Shown here in pieces: positions 62,673 through 64,000 of a stretch of DNA of 64,000 nt (positions are counted from its first letter, which is position 1; every line of letters begins with the position of its first letter). The notes beneath the pieces were generated by a model. It made no database searches. It saw only the letters and a program-made list of their open reading frames with translations, and was not told where the DNA came from. The translations under genes were made by a program, and so were the position numbers. This DNA is from Antedon mediterranea (lineage: Eukaryota > Animalia > Echinodermata), in the NCBI RefSeq assembly GCF_964355755.1, contig NC_092675.1:16464912-16528911 (forward strand), read 5' to 3'.

Positions 62673-64000
62673 ACTTCTATTCATGGGACACTTCTATTCT
62701 GAGGACACCTCTATTCTGAGGACACCTCTATTCTGAGGACACCTCTATTCTGAGGACACCTCTATTCTGAGGACACTTCTATTCTGAGGACACTTCTATT
62801 CTGAGGACACTTCTATTCTGAGGACACTTCTATTCTGAGGACACTTCTATTCTGAGGACACTTTTATTCTGAGGACACTTTTATTCTGAGGACACTTTTA
62901 TTCTGAGCACACTTCTATTCTGAGCACACTTCTATTCTGAGCACACTTCTATTCATGGGACACTTCTATTCATGGGACACTTCTATTCATGGGACACTTC
63001 TATTCTGAGGACACTTCTATTCTGAGGACACTTCTATTCTGAGGACACTTCTATTCTGAGGACACTTCTATTCTGAGGACACTTCTATTCTGAGGACACT
63101 TCTATTCTGAGGACACTTTTATTCTGAGGACACCTCTATTCTGAGGACACTTCTATTCTGAGCACACTTCTATTCATGGGACACCTCTATTCTGAGGACA
63201 CCTCTATTCTGAGGACACTTCTATTCTAAGGACACTTCTACTCTAAAGGACACTTCTATTCTGAGGACACTTCTATTCTGAGGACACCTCTATTCTGAGG
63301 ACACTTCTACTCTAAAGGACACTTCTATTCTGAGGACACTTCTATTCTGAGGACACTTCTATTATGTGGACACTTCTATTTAGGGGACACTTCTATTTAG
63401 GGGACACTTCTATTCTGAGGACACTTTTATTCTGAGGACACTTCTATTCTGAGCACACTTCTATTCTGAGGACACTTCTATTATGTGGACACTTCTATTC
63501 TGAGGACACTTCTATTCTGAGGACACTTCTATTATGTGGACACTTCTATTCTGAGCACACTTCTATTCTGAGCACACTTCTATTCATGGGACACTTCTAT
63601 TCATGGGACACTTCTATTCATGGGACACTTCTATTCTGAGGACACTTCTATTCTGAGGACACTTCTATTCTGAGGACACTTCTATTCTGAGGACACTTCT
63701 ATTCTGAGGACACTTCTATTCTGAGGACACTTTTATTCTGAGGACACCTCTATTCTGAGGACACCTCTATTCTGAGGACACTTCTATTCTGAGCACACTT
63801 CTATTCTGAGCACACTTCTATTCATGGGACACCTCTATTCTGAGGACACCTCTATTCTGAGGACACTTCTATTCTAAGGACACTTCTACTCTAAAGGACA
63901 CCTCTACTCTAAAGGACACTTCTATTCTGAGGACACTTCTATTCTGAGGACACCTCTATTCTGAGGACACTTCTACTCTAAAGGACACTTCTATTCTGAG
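62673..64000. repeat. 17-bp satellite/minisatellite (gaggacacttctattct)n, ~78 monomers, runs off the window end
   Basis: Direct reading; variant monomers (catggg, gagcac, ctaaagg, atgtgg) recur in the same order. Confidence 0.97.

Overview
AT-rich, intron-containing animal genomic DNA. Repeat content (Deu-domain SINE, TAGGCCTA-rich tracts) suggests a marine invertebrate deuterostome, possibly an echinoderm; this is inference only. Three spliced genes can be reconstructed by hand with consistent GT-AG sites and phases: (1) an Erbin/Densin-180 (LRRC7)-type LAP protein (LRRs, LAP-specific region, one PDZ; + strand, 342-21362, ~20 exons, ~1505 aa); (2) kinetochore protein NUF2 (+, 26230-31338, 11 coding exons, 449 aa); (3) a MISP/AKAP2-C-terminal-like protein (-, 36562 to 46348 or further upstream). 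The LAP gene hosts two tandem intronic H/ACA RNAs whose pockets are complementary to U6 snRNA (SNORA79/ACA65-like). It also contains two unexplained ~390-440 nt intronic segments with dense hairpins, which are the best candidates for something undescribed. The remainder is transposon-rich: MITEs, a foldback element, a MULE-like element with a 9-bp TSD, Helitron-like elements, Deu-SINEs, decayed LINEs, several TE-derived tandem arrays and a 17-bp satellite with higher-order structure. All family assignments were made by eye from remembered motifs; no searches were run.
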